From the NCBI GenBank assembly GCA_033762115.1, contig JANRLX010000058.1, positions 1 to 61,700 on the forward strand: a stretch of DNA of 61,700 bases, read 5' to 3'. Origin of the DNA: Verrucomicrobiota bacterium. GTDB taxonomy: Bacteria; Verrucomicrobiota; Verrucomicrobiia; Limisphaerales; SXQI01. Each line of letters starts with the position of its first letter. The first letter of the stretch is position 1. This document shows, in pieces, positions 37,664 through 47,548 of this stretch. The notes beneath the pieces are model-generated. The model was given only the letters and a program-made list of their open reading frames with translations. It had not been told where the DNA came from and made no database searches. Both the position numbers and the translations under genes were made by a program.

Positions 37664-38388
37664 CGGAGCAGGAACTTACCTCTGCCTTACTTGAAAGATA
37701 CACCATAGCAAGTTCACCCGTTGGCCGCTGGCGATTGAATGCTTATACGCATTGGAAGCGGATCTCGTGGCGAACGGTTCTTTTCAGCGCATTTTTTATC
37801 AAACGGCTTTTTGACATTGTGGCAAGCGCGTCATTCCTGCTGCTGTTCAGTCCCCTGTTTGCGCTTGTGGCATTGATCATCAAGTGTGAGGACGGTGGTC
37901 CGATATTCTTTGGGCAAATACGAGTGGGCAAGCATGGACGACAGTTCCGGATGTGGAAGTTTCGTTCCATGTGTGTTAACGCGGAGGCTCGGCTTGCGGA
38001 GTTGATTAAAAGCAACCAGCACGCGCAGGGGGTGACTTTCAAAATGAAGCATGACCCGAGAATCACGCGGGTCGGGAGATATCTGCGAAAGTTCTCAGTG
38101 GATGAATTGCCGCAGTTTTACAATGTTTTGAAGGGGGAAATGTCACTTGTGGGGCCTCGTCCTCCGCTTCCACGTGAAGTTGCTCTTTACACCAATCAGG
38201 ATCGACGCCGACTTTTGGTCACTCCGGGGTTGACCTGTTTCTGGCAGATCGGCGGCCGCGCGAACATCGATTTTCCTGAGCAGGTGCAGCTGGATGTTCG
38301 TTACATCGAAAGCCAGAGCTTCTGGCTTGATCTGAAAATATTGCTAAAAACGGTTCCTGCTGTGGTGCTTGGAAGGGGTGCTTGCTGA
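37660..38388 (+). CDS. priming sugar transferase (bacterial sugar transferase, WcaJ/ExoY-type catalytic domain)
   Basis: KRLFDI, KFRSM, DPRITRVG, DELPQ, MSLVGPRP, PGLT-WQ, LDLKI. Confidence 0.93.
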   Translation: MTEQELTSALLERYTIASSPVGRWRLNAYTHWKRISWRTVLFSAFFIKRLFDIVASASFLLLFSPLFALVALIIKCEDGGPIFFGQIRVGKHGRQFRMWKFRSMCVNAEARLAELIKSNQHAQGVTFKMKHDPRITRVGRYLRKFSVDELPQFYNVLKGEMSLVGPRPPLPREVALYTNQDRRRLLVTPGLTCFWQIGGRANIDFPEQVQLDVRYIESQSFWLDLKILLKTVPAVVLGRGAC

Positions 38389-38403
38389 TTCGGAGGAGGA
38401 ACC

Positions 38404-39267
38404 ATGAAAACCATACTGATCTGTCCGAATAACCGTCCTGCACTTGCCCAACTGGCTGAAAATATTCCCCTGGTCAACATTCCGTTGCTTGGTGAAACGT
38501 TTCTTATTTACTGGCTGGAGCATCTTTCCGCTTCCGGCATCAAGGAAGTTCGGTTGCTTGTTTCTGATAGTGCTGCCGAGGTGGAGCGAATGATTCAGGG
38601 TGGCAGCCGCTGGGGGTTAAGTGTGGAGGTGCTTTCGGAAGTCCGGCAACTGACTCCAAAGGAGGCCCGGAAACGTTATCGGCCGAGTTACGAAAATGAT
38701 TGGGCTGCGGAGCCGCACGACGTGATTGTGGCGGACCATCTTCCAGGCAAGGAAGGGGAGGCATTGTTTGCTTCCTATGAATCATGGTTCAACGGCGTGT
38801 TGGAATGGGTTCCCAATGTGATTCGCAGCACGAGAATCATGAGGGAACTGAAACCGGGGGTTTGGGTGGGGCGGCGCACGGAAATTTCCCGGAGCGCTAA
38901 AATTGAGGGGCCTTGCTGGATGGGAGATCACGTGAGAGTCGGGCCACATTGTCTGATTGGGCCCGGGACCATCCTGGAAAACAACGTGGTGGTTGACAAA
39001 GCTTCGGAGATCAAAAGCAGCTGGGTGGGGCCCGATACGTATGTCGGTCAACTGGTCCATATTCATGAGTCGCTGGCCTGGGGGGCCAACCTGATCAACT
39101 GGAAAAGCGGTTCGCATATTATTGTGCCGGACTCGTTTTTGCTCAGCTCACTTGTCTCGCACCGGAATTCTTCATTGATGCCTGAAAAAATTTCTTCGGT
39201 GGTGCAGGAGAGTTTTCCCAGAACAATCGATTTGCTGGCCAGTGTGCGGGCAAAATTGCAGGGCTGA
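38404..39267 (+). CDS. NDP-sugar pyrophosphorylase-like protein (degenerate) with hexapeptide repeats
   Basis: IPLLG-YWLEHL-GIKEV, GSRWG; C-terminal left-handed beta-helix repeats (VWVGRR, IEGPCWMG, IGPG); lacks GxGTR. Confidence 0.6.
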   Translation: MKTILICPNNRPALAQLAENIPLVNIPLLGETFLIYWLEHLSASGIKEVRLLVSDSAAEVERMIQGGSRWGLSVEVLSEVRQLTPKEARKRYRPSYENDWAAEPHDVIVADHLPGKEGEALFASYESWFNGVLEWVPNVIRSTRIMRELKPGVWVGRRTEISRSAKIEGPCWMGDHVRVGPHCLIGPGTILENNVVVDKASEIKSSWVGPDTYVGQLVHIHESLAWGANLINWKSGSHIIVPDSFLLSSLVSHRNSSLMPEKISSVVQESFPRTIDLLASVRAKLQG

Positions 39268-39462
39268 AAATTTTTATCAGGGAGTGCCTTAGTCATCCCT
39301 CCGCAGTTGAATGCTTTACTAAACAGAGACACCCCTGATTGTGACAAAACGGTGACCGAATTTTAATCAAGACATGCGAGGGAGAGATGGCCTGCCAGGC
39401 GCCTCCCTGACAGCAAAAACCGTATGAGAATGGCTGGTCCATCAGCCGAAACTCGAAAAACT

Positions 39463-39765
39463 ATGAAAGTTCAATCTCAGGGGGAGACATTAAGTGTTAC
39501 CGGCGTGAAAGAACTGGGAGCAGCAAATTCAAATAATTTTCGCGATATGGTGAAGCATGCATTCGGGGATGGGCAGCGAAATATCCAGATTGATTTGTCC
39601 CAAACCACGTTTGTGGACAGTTGCGGGTTGGGAGCCCTCATTTCATTGCATAAGGCCACCTGTGGGCGGAATGGAACCGTGCGGCTGGTGAATCCCACCC
39701 CTCCCGTCCAGCAGATTCTTGAACTGACCCGGATGCACCGAATTTTCGAAATCGTCAGTCATTAA
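39463..39765 (+). CDS. STAS domain anti-sigma factor antagonist
   Basis: IDLSQTTFVDSCGLGALI (phospho-Ser motif), ILELTRM. Confidence 0.9.
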   Translation: MKVQSQGETLSVTGVKELGAANSNNFRDMVKHAFGDGQRNIQIDLSQTTFVDSCGLGALISLHKATCGRNGTVRLVNPTPPVQQILELTRMHRIFEIVSH

Positions 39766-39771
39766 GATTCC

Positions 39772-41553
39772 ATGCCGCTGAACTCCTTTCCCATTTCACG
39801 TCCGGCGACGCTCCGCCTGGCGGTACGGTCTGACCTGGGGGAGGTTCGGCCTGTGGCTTCGATTGTCAGGAATTTCATGAAGGACCAGGGATTCGACGAT
39901 GCTGAAGTGCAGGCGGCGGAACTTGCGTTTGTGGAAGCGTGCAATAACGCAATCAAGTATGCCGGGCCGCGTGGAGCAGGGGAGTGCGTCATGGTTGACG
40001 TGCTCTGCACTGAAGAAAACATCGAACTCCGAATCACGGACAATACGGATGGCTTTGACTGGCCGGAAACTGTCGAACTGCCGGATTTCGAAAAAGAAAC
40101 CGGGCGGGGGATTTTCCTGATCAATACCTTGATGGATCGGGTCAGCTATTTGCGCGGCCGAGGGCAGAATTGTCTTGTGATGAGGAAGAAACGGCGGCTC
40201 CGGTCGGAAGCCCGCCATATTGAATTTTCGTCGCTGGAGGAAGCCTCGCTTCGGTTGACCGAGAGCGAGCAGGTGATTCGGGACATGGCGGAGGAATTGA
40301 GTTTTTGCTACGAATCACTTTCAGCGATTTTTCGGTGCAGTTCGGAGCTTGGGAAAAGCAATAACCTTGAAGAGTTCGCGCGCCGGCTGCTGACTGACCT
40401 TGCGCAGATTACCTCGGCGGACTGGTTTCTTTTCCGGCTGATCAATCGTGATGGCACGGCACTAGAACCGTTCAGCTGGTCTGACCCGATGGTCCAGCCT
40501 CAAGCGCTTTCATTAACGGGAGAATCATTCACCGGGTCTGTGGAAGTGGAGGCGGCCTGCACCCGGGAAGATGTGTGGTTTGATCACCTGAATCCGCTTC
40601 CGTCCCAGGATTTTTTACGAACAATCGATGTGAACTCGATTGGACTGGTCCATCCAATTTTCCTGGGAGAGCGGCTGATTGGAACCTTAACCGTGGCAAA
40701 ATCAGCGCCCGGCACGCTTTTTACGGCGGTCCAGGCCAATGTGGTCCATACTTTCGCGGATTTTCTCGCGATCCAGATTGTTAACGCTCGCTTCAATGAG
40801 GAACAGCTTCGCGGAAGCCTGGTGAATCGGGAGCTTGAAATTGCCAAGGCGATCCAGCGTTCGCTGCTGCCGAAATCATTGCCTCCGCTGCCTGGGTACG
40901 ACCTGGCGGGGTTCTGCGAGAGCGCGCGGCAGGTGGGCGGCGATTTTTATGATGTGCTCAAGATCGGGGATGATTCGGCGTTACTGATCATTGCTGATGT
41001 CATGGGGAAGGGAGTGCCTGCGGCAATGTTCGCGGCGATCCTTCGCAGTCTATTGCGGGCCGTGCCGGAATGGACGAACCAACCAGCAGCATTGCTGGCG
41101 CGGGTTAACCGGCTGCTTTTCGAGGAACTTTCCGGAGTGGATATGTTTATCACGGCGCAACTGGTTTTCATTGATGGCAAGGAGAGAAAATTAACCGCGG
41201 CGAGCGCGGGGCATTGTCCTGTTCTGCTCTGGAATTCAACGGAGCCGGAGGTGAAACTTATTTCTCCGGAAGGGATGCCACTTGGAATATTACCTGACAC
41301 CACATTTACAAATCAGACGGAAACCCTTTTCGCTGATTCCCGGCTTCTACTCTACACAGATGGATTGACTGAAGCGCGAAATCAAAAGGGAGAATTTTAT
41401 GGTCAGGAGCGGCTTGTGGCCTGGCTTAAGAACCAGTCAAACAACGGCCAGTCAGCAGAAGCATTGAAAGAGAAGCTTGCGGGGGAACTCCGCAGTTTCC
41501 AGGCGAACATGAGCCTGAATGATGATCAAACATTCCTGATCATGACTGAGTAA
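39772..41553 (+). CDS. RsbW-type Ser kinase - GAF - SpoIIE/PP2C phosphatase fusion
   Basis: EACNNAIKY, GRGIFLI (HATPase_c_2); GAF-like middle; IQRSLLP, VGGDFYD, ADVMGKG, AGH, YTDGLTE, DDQT. Confidence 0.9.
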   Translation: MPLNSFPISRPATLRLAVRSDLGEVRPVASIVRNFMKDQGFDDAEVQAAELAFVEACNNAIKYAGPRGAGECVMVDVLCTEENIELRITDNTDGFDWPETVELPDFEKETGRGIFLINTLMDRVSYLRGRGQNCLVMRKKRRLRSEARHIEFSSLEEASLRLTESEQVIRDMAEELSFCYESLSAIFRCSSELGKSNNLEEFARRLLTDLAQITSADWFLFRLINRDGTALEPFSWSDPMVQPQALSLTGESFTGSVEVEAACTREDVWFDHLNPLPSQDFLRTIDVNSIGLVHPIFLGERLIGTLTVAKSAPGTLFTAVQANVVHTFADFLAIQIVNARFNEEQLRGSLVNRELEIAKAIQRSLLPKSLPPLPGYDLAGFCESARQVGGDFYDVLKIGDDSALLIIADVMGKGVPAAMFAAILRSLLRAVPEWTNQPAALLARVNRLLFEELSGVDMFITAQLVFIDGKERKLTAASAGHCPVLLWNSTEPEVKLISPEGMPLGILPDTTFTNQTETLFADSRLLLYTDGLTEARNQKGEFYGQERLVAWLKNQSNNGQSAEALKEKLAGELRSFQANMSLNDDQTFLIMTE

Positions 41554-42752
41554 TGAAAACGGTTCTGCCACTTTTTATCATGATCGATGCGTGTGGATGG
41601 GAGATCATCCGCAACGATCCTTTCCTGGGGAAGGTTGCTCCGCACCGGACGAAATTGCGTTCAGTGTTTGGCTACAGCTCCACCTGCGTGCCAAGCATTC
41701 TTTCCGGCCGGTGGCCTGCTGAACACCGCAATTGGTGCTACTTCGTCCATGATCCGGAGCGTTCTCCTTTCCGTTCGCTTCGTCGTTTGAAGATGCTGCC
41801 TGAATTCCTGACCAGCCGAAGAATTGTTCGGAGGCAGTTAAGCAAATGGGTGAAGAAGAGATTGGGATATGAAGGCTACTTTGATCTTTATAATATTCCT
41901 TTCAAATATATTGACCTGTTCGATTTCACGGAAAAGAAAAGCCCTCTTCAGCCGGGCGGGATGAATCGTGGAACCAATATTTTTGATTATCTAAAAGCCC
42001 AGGATACTCCCTGGTTTGTCAGCGACCCGGCTAAAAGCGAAGAGCAAAACCTGGATGGACTGCTTCAGAAAATTGGAACTGAAAGCATTGATTTCGCTTT
42101 TATGTACTGGCCCGCCCTGGATGGCCTTTTGCATTCGGCAGGGAATGACTCACCGCAGATTGCCCCCAAGCTACGGCAGTATGAAGGATGGATCGAACAA
42201 CTCCTCAGCCGGGCGGAAAACCATTATGAGGAAGTGCACCTGTATGTCTTCAGCGATCATGGAATGGCCAATTGCGATGTTCACCTGAACCTCAAGAAAT
42301 TTGTCGATCAGCTCGGGCTCAAGTTTGGGACTGATTATGTGGTGGTTTACGATTCAACAATGGCCCGGTTCTGGTTCCACAATGAAACGTCTCGCCGGGC
42401 AGTCATTCAGTTGCTGGAAGGGATTCCGCTAGGGCGGATCCTGCCTGATGAAGAACTGAAATCACTGAATGCCTATTTCCCCGATCATTATTTTGGGGAA
42501 CTGATTTATCTTGTCAAAGAGGGGACTCTAATTGTTCCAAGCCACATGGGAGAACGGCCGATCCGTGCGATGCACGGATATCATCCGAATGATCCGCAGA
42601 GTTATGCGGCGCTTTGTTCGAATCAAGCCGCGCTGCCGTTCGAAGCAACGGCTATTCCTCACATTTTTAACATCATGGTTGAGGAAGCCACGAGAGCGAA
42701 GCAGGCCAATTCTTCCAGTTTCATCAATGAACCTATTCCAGTGAATTTATGA
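41553..42752 (+). CDS. alkaline phosphatase superfamily protein (nucleotide pyrophosphatase/phosphodiesterase-like)
   Basis: FIMIDACG, GYSST (Ser nucleophile), DGLLH, SDHG, MHGY. Confidence 0.85.
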   Translation: MKTVLPLFIMIDACGWEIIRNDPFLGKVAPHRTKLRSVFGYSSTCVPSILSGRWPAEHRNWCYFVHDPERSPFRSLRRLKMLPEFLTSRRIVRRQLSKWVKKRLGYEGYFDLYNIPFKYIDLFDFTEKKSPLQPGGMNRGTNIFDYLKAQDTPWFVSDPAKSEEQNLDGLLQKIGTESIDFAFMYWPALDGLLHSAGNDSPQIAPKLRQYEGWIEQLLSRAENHYEEVHLYVFSDHGMANCDVHLNLKKFVDQLGLKFGTDYVVVYDSTMARFWFHNETSRRAVIQLLEGIPLGRILPDEELKSLNAYFPDHYFGELIYLVKEGTLIVPSHMGERPIRAMHGYHPNDPQSYAALCSNQAALPFEATAIPHIFNIMVEEATRAKQANSSSFINEPIPVNL

Positions 42753-43504
42753 CTATTGCGAAACATCTGTTTTCCAAAACATTGCTTTACTACCTGGCGC
42801 AGGAATTCTGGCTTCATTACACATTCAAGTTCGTGCTGCCGCGTGTGAACGAGATCACGCTGGACGGTTTGCGGCTGGATGTTTCAAGTCTCTCGCCAAA
42901 AATTCGCAATCGGCTGAGGAACGGGCTTTATGAAATTCATGAAAAGGAGATGTGTCGGCAGTATTTGAGCTCGAAGGATGCTGTGCTGGAGATTGGCGGC
43001 GCGATTGGTTACATAGGACTTTATTGCCAAAAGCATTTGGGGATCACGGAATATGCCTGTTTTGAGGCGAACCCCCGCACCACGGAAATTCTTAAAAGGA
43101 ATTATACCCTTAACAACCTTCGCCCAAATGTCTGGAACATGGCGCTGGCGCAAAGTGATGGCGAGGTGGAACTCGAAGTGGGAAGTGATTTTTGGGAGAA
43201 TTCGATTGTTTACAAAAAGAATCCGGAACGCGGATGCAAAACGGTAAAAGTTTCTGCCGGCAGCCTGGAAACATTGATGCGCGTGGCAGGCATTAAACCG
43301 AATGTCCTCATCGTGGATATTGAAGGAGCAGAGCAGTTTATTGATTTCAAAGCCATACCCGAGGAGATCAATAAAATCATCATCGAACTTCATCCTGCCG
43401 TCATTGGACAGGAAGCCACCTACAATATTGTTTCAGACCTGATCCAGAAGGGGTTCAAAGTGGCACGTGAAGACTCGGACACCTTCATCTTCATCAGGAA
43501 ATAA
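42749..43504 (+). CDS. FkbM family methyltransferase
   Basis: YE motif, VLEIGGAIG, FEANP, VDIEGAE, IIELH. Confidence 0.85.
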   Translation: MTIAKHLFSKTLLYYLAQEFWLHYTFKFVLPRVNEITLDGLRLDVSSLSPKIRNRLRNGLYEIHEKEMCRQYLSSKDAVLEIGGAIGYIGLYCQKHLGITEYACFEANPRTTEILKRNYTLNNLRPNVWNMALAQSDGEVELEVGSDFWENSIVYKKNPERGCKTVKVSAGSLETLMRVAGIKPNVLIVDIEGAEQFIDFKAIPEEINKIIIELHPAVIGQEATYNIVSDLIQKGFKVAREDSDTFIFIRK

Positions 43505-43513
43505 CGTTCAGCA

Positions 43514-46500
43514 ATGAGAATGTTGGTTGCGCAAGATCAGGACTCTCCGCTGATACGAAGTGAACTGCTCCGTTTGCATTACCAGATGCAAACCGATTCG
43601 TTTATTTCCGAATTGAAGGAGCAGGAGGATTGGCTGCATATCCGCTCTGAAGCCTCTACCGCGCCGATCTGGAATCATTCCGCATATCTGGGCGATTTCC
43701 GCTCTCTTGAAAAGGAATCAGTCGAGCAGGTGGTGCGATTTGCAGCACAGGGAGAACGACTTCCTGCGATTTATCTTGCCGTTTCTGCTGGCACTGAAGT
43801 TCCGCCAGCTTTGTTGAATGGTGCTTACGAACGGTTTGATCGCGAATCATGGATGATCCATTCCGGGGGAAGGGTTCCATCCCGGGAAACAGGTTTGGAG
43901 ATCAGATTGGTCCACACAGCAGAGGAGATGGATCAATTCATCGATGGATTCTACAGCGCTTATCAAACGAAAGACCCGGGCTATTCATCAGCCCTTCGAA
44001 AACTTGATGCAAACAGAGAGCGGGGCATTTTCCATTTTCTAGGCCTGGCTGGGGAAAAAGTCGCTGCGGTAGGAACGATCATCCAGATGGGAAGGGATGC
44101 CTGTATTTATAACCTCGGCACCGTTCCTGATTGTCAGGGCAGAGGCTTTGGTGACGCGATGATGCGTTGCATGCTGAATCACGCTTATAAAAATGGTGCG
44201 CGCCGAATCATGTTGCAGGTGGAATCGGGTGGTCATGCGCAACGGCTCTACCAAAGATTGGGATTCAGTTCTCTTTTCGAACGTGTGGGATATCGTCTCG
44301 CAAACTGGAAGCGAAAAACCCAAACCACTGCTTCCATTAATGCGGGATTACTGAACATCCTGGCAACCGTTTCGCGAAGTGATGCTTCGAACGGTTATTT
44401 GAGGCAATCAATTTCAATTTCGCCCGAACTGGGACGGCAGGTTTTCGACCATGCAAAGCGGGAACAGCAGGAAACTGTTCAACCGCTTGCGGCTGCTCTT
44501 GGTTTATTACTGGCTCGTTATACGGAACAGGACTCGATTCATTTTGCGGTTTATTCCGGCGAAAGCGAATTTATTGCGGAATGCAAGGTTCAACCGGAAT
44601 TTTCCCCCAAGGCTTATTTCAAGGCAATCCGATTTCAGTCCCATGAGGGGCGGGGTGAGCAAACGGAAGTGGCCTTGTGTGTTGACATGGCCAGAAGCAA
44701 TTCACCTGTGGAACTGGTGGTCGATTCTTCATTGTCGCAACTTGAAATTCACGTTCGCTCCTCTGCTGTGAATAAAGACCTGGTGCGCCGATTGCTAGGC
44801 CATTTTCTGACCCTGCTGGAAGGGTTGACCCAAACGGATGTGGAAACGATTGGCCAATTGTCCATGCTGACACGGGCGGAGCGGCAGCAGTTGCTTGTTT
44901 CCTGGAATGAGCGACCGAAAAGCACCATGGTTCCCAGTGTTCAGCAACTTTTTGAAGCGCAGGTAGAACGGACTCCCGAAGCAATTGCACTGGTGTCGGC
45001 AGACCATCCTGGCGAGGAACTGAGCTATCGCCAGCTTAACCGACGAGCCAATCAACTGGCGCATTATCTGCAACGTCACTCGCTCGGGCCGGAGCAATTT
45101 GTGGCGGTTTACATGGATCGGTCACTTGACATGATTGTCAGCCTCCTGGCGATCTGGAAAGCCGGTGCGGCCTGTGTTCCGCTTGATCCTGCTTATCCAA
45201 TTGAGCGGATTGTTTTTATGCTGGAAGACACGGCTGCCCGAATTGTTCTCACCACCAGCGGGTTGGCCCAGCAGCTTCCTGATGGTGTCACAAAAAAAGT
45301 TCAGTTGGATACCGATTGGCCACGCATTGACCGGGAGAGTGAAAAAAATGCGATCAACTCAGCCCAGGAGCAGCAGTTAGCGTATGTCATTTATACTTCG
45401 GGATCGACAGGCAAGCCGAAGGGAGTCGGCGTTTCACATCAGGCGATTGCGCAGCATTCGGTCGATTCGAAGGAGTACTATGGGCTGAGTGGGTATGACA
45501 GGGTGCTGCAATTCAGTTCGTTTAATTTTGACGCGGCGCTTGAACAGATCGTGCCTGCTCTTATTGCGGGGTCGCGCCTTATCGTGCGCGGTCCTGAGGT
45601 CTGGACCAGCCAGGAATTCAACAGCAAGCTTGTCCAGTTCGGTTTGACCGTGGCGGACATTCCAACCGCTTACTGGCATGATCTCGTTGAGCAGTGGCAT
45701 GCAAATCCCTCTTCGATCCCGAACCATGCGTTACGCCTGGTGATTGTCGGCGGCGAGGCAATCGCGCCCGAAAAACTTGCGCTCTGGCATGCCACTTCTT
45801 TACGCCAGGTCAGACTTGTCAATGCTTACGGACCGACGGAAACGACCATTACTGCGACTGCGTATGAAATTCCTGCGCCGGACCCGCTTGCGCCACCTTT
45901 GAAATTCGTGCCGATTGGAACGGCGCGCGGGAATCGAAAGCTTTACGTTCTGGATCGTCAGGGAAATCCAGTGCCGATAGGGCTTCCTGGTGAATTGCAC
46001 ATCGGGGGTCCGCTTCTGGCGAAAGGATATCTCAATCGACCGGACCTAACAGAGGCGCGATTCATTCCGAATGAGTTCAGTGATAATCCGGATGAACGGC
46101 TTTATAAAACCGGCGATCTCGTGCGTTACAGAGAGGATGGAAACCTGGAATTCCTCGGTCGCCTGGATGACCAGGTCAAGATTCGCGGGTTCAGGATTGA
46201 GTTAGGTGAGATCGAATCGGCCCTTTTGCAACATCCTGATGTTCGCGAAGCGGCGTTGCTGGCGCGTCCTGATTCTCAAGGGGAAAAACGGTTGGTGGCT
46301 TATGTGACGCTGCGCCGCTCACAACCACGCCAGCAGATCAGCTCATGGCTTAAGTCGCGGCTTCCGGGATACATGGTTCCAAGCGCAATCATTATACTGG
46401 AGCAATTGCCGATCATGCCGAACGGGAAAGTGGATCGCCGAGCGCTGCCTTCTCCCGATGAATATCCTGAGGAAATCCAGTCGGGACAGGGTCCACGCAC

Positions 46501-47548
46501 TCCGATGGAGCTTCAACTCCAGATCCTTTTTGAACGGGTGCTGAAGAAAGCGCCCATCGGAGTGGAAGTGAGTTTTTTTGAACTGGGAGGAGATTCTCTG
46601 CAGGCCCTGGAGTTGCTGGTGCAGGTCGAAAAAGCCACGGGCAAAAACCTGCCGCTTGGAACCTTATTCCAGGCGTCGAGCATCGAGGCATTGGCGAAGC
46701 TGATTCAATCGAGGAATGATCACTCGGAGCGTTGGTCCGCGCTGGTACCGCTTCAGACGAGCGGAACAAAACCACCGCTATATTTTGTCCACACCACTCC
46801 AGGCGATGTGCTTGGCTACGGAGGGCTCATTTACCATCTGGGTGCTGACCAGCCTTGCTATGGGTTTCAATCGCTTGGCCTGAAGAAAAGCGAACTCAGC
46901 CATCGAAGGATTGAAGCAATGGCTGAGTATTATGTGGAGCGATTAAAGGCTTTTCAGCCAAAAGGGCCTTATTACCTTGCGGGCTGGTGTTATGGAGGGG
47001 TGGTGGCGGTTGAGATGGCGCGACAACTGCGGGTGATCGGCGACAGAGTCGCGTTTGTGGGCCTTATGGAAACGGTGGCAATGGCCCCGGGCTTATCGAA
47101 TTTTCGTTACTACCTGCACCGGCTTCATGCGCTGGGACGGATGTCGCCGACCCGATGGGCAGAGTATGTACGTGAAAAAATCAAATATCGCCGCAATTCG
47201 AAAATAGCCAATCGAATGCGCTTCCGCCAGGTTTCGGCTGATCAATCCGGGGCGCAGGACCCCTGGCTGTTACAGTTGGAGCATGTTTACAATACCAACC
47301 TTGCTGCCCTCAACGGGTATCGTTCCCGTTGGTTTGATGGGAAAGTGACACTCTTCAATGCCGCGGATCAGGATCCCGCCCTGATTCCCGATCCACAGTA
47401 TGGCTGGGTGGGACTGGCACGTGAGATCGAAATTCATTCGGTTCCGGGAAACCATGACACCATGCTTTCTGAACCGCATGTCCGCGCACTCGCGGCGGAA
47501 TTTCAACGCTGCCTGGCAGCTGCTTTTGAAAAGGAAAAACAATCATGA
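43514..47548 (+). CDS. single-module NRPS-like protein: GNAT - truncated condensation-like region - adenylation - PCP - thioesterase
   Basis: GNAT YNLGTVPDCQGRGFG, LYQRLGF; A-domain LSY-LN, YTSGSTGKPKG, FD, NAYGPTE, GELHIGG, YKTGD, KIRGFRIELGEIE, NGKVDR; PCP LGGDSL; TE GWCYGG and GNH. Confidence 0.92.
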   Translation: MRMLVAQDQDSPLIRSELLRLHYQMQTDSFISELKEQEDWLHIRSEASTAPIWNHSAYLGDFRSLEKESVEQVVRFAAQGERLPAIYLAVSAGTEVPPALLNGAYERFDRESWMIHSGGRVPSRETGLEIRLVHTAEEMDQFIDGFYSAYQTKDPGYSSALRKLDANRERGIFHFLGLAGEKVAAVGTIIQMGRDACIYNLGTVPDCQGRGFGDAMMRCMLNHAYKNGARRIMLQVESGGHAQRLYQRLGFSSLFERVGYRLANWKRKTQTTASINAGLLNILATVSRSDASNGYLRQSISISPELGRQVFDHAKREQQETVQPLAAALGLLLARYTEQDSIHFAVYSGESEFIAECKVQPEFSPKAYFKAIRFQSHEGRGEQTEVALCVDMARSNSPVELVVDSSLSQLEIHVRSSAVNKDLVRRLLGHFLTLLEGLTQTDVETIGQLSMLTRAERQQLLVSWNERPKSTMVPSVQQLFEAQVERTPEAIALVSADHPGEELSYRQLNRRANQLAHYLQRHSLGPEQFVAVYMDRSLDMIVSLLAIWKAGAACVPLDPAYPIERIVFMLEDTAARIVLTTSGLAQQLPDGVTKKVQLDTDWPRIDRESEKNAINSAQEQQLAYVIYTSGSTGKPKGVGVSHQAIAQHSVDSKEYYGLSGYDRVLQFSSFNFDAALEQIVPALIAGSRLIVRGPEVWTSQEFNSKLVQFGLTVADIPTAYWHDLVEQWHANPSSIPNHALRLVIVGGEAIAPEKLALWHATSLRQVRLVNAYGPTETTITATAYEIPAPDPLAPPLKFVPIGTARGNRKLYVLDRQGNPVPIGLPGELHIGGPLLAKGYLNRPDLTEARFIPNEFSDNPDERLYKTGDLVRYREDGNLEFLGRLDDQVKIRGFRIELGEIESALLQHPDVREAALLARPDSQGEKRLVAYVTLRRSQPRQQISSWLKSRLPGYMVPSAIIILEQLPIMPNGKVDRRALPSPDEYPEEIQSGQGPRTPMELQLQILFERVLKKAPIGVEVSFFELGGDSLQALELLVQVEKATGKNLPLGTLFQASSIEALAKLIQSRNDHSERWSALVPLQTSGTKPPLYFVHTTPGDVLGYGGLIYHLGADQPCYGFQSLGLKKSELSHRRIEAMAEYYVERLKAFQPKGPYYLAGWCYGGVVAVEMARQLRVIGDRVAFVGLMETVAMAPGLSNFRYYLHRLHALGRMSPTRWAEYVREKIKYRRNSKIANRMRFRQVSADQSGAQDPWLLQLEHVYNTNLAALNGYRSRWFDGKVTLFNAADQDPALIPDPQYGWVGLAREIEIHSVPGNHDTMLSEPHVRALAAEFQRCLAAAFEKEKQS

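Noticed and set aside
35461..39462. sigma54 promoter driving the glycan cluster
   Set aside because: Candidates before 35653 are mis-spaced (GG-N9-GC), and the one near 39388 lacks the CAC and TT flanks
10612..47548. KamA supplying beta-Lys/beta-Arg to the NRPS
   Set aside because: Genes are over 30 kb apart with housekeeping genes between; no linkage evidence
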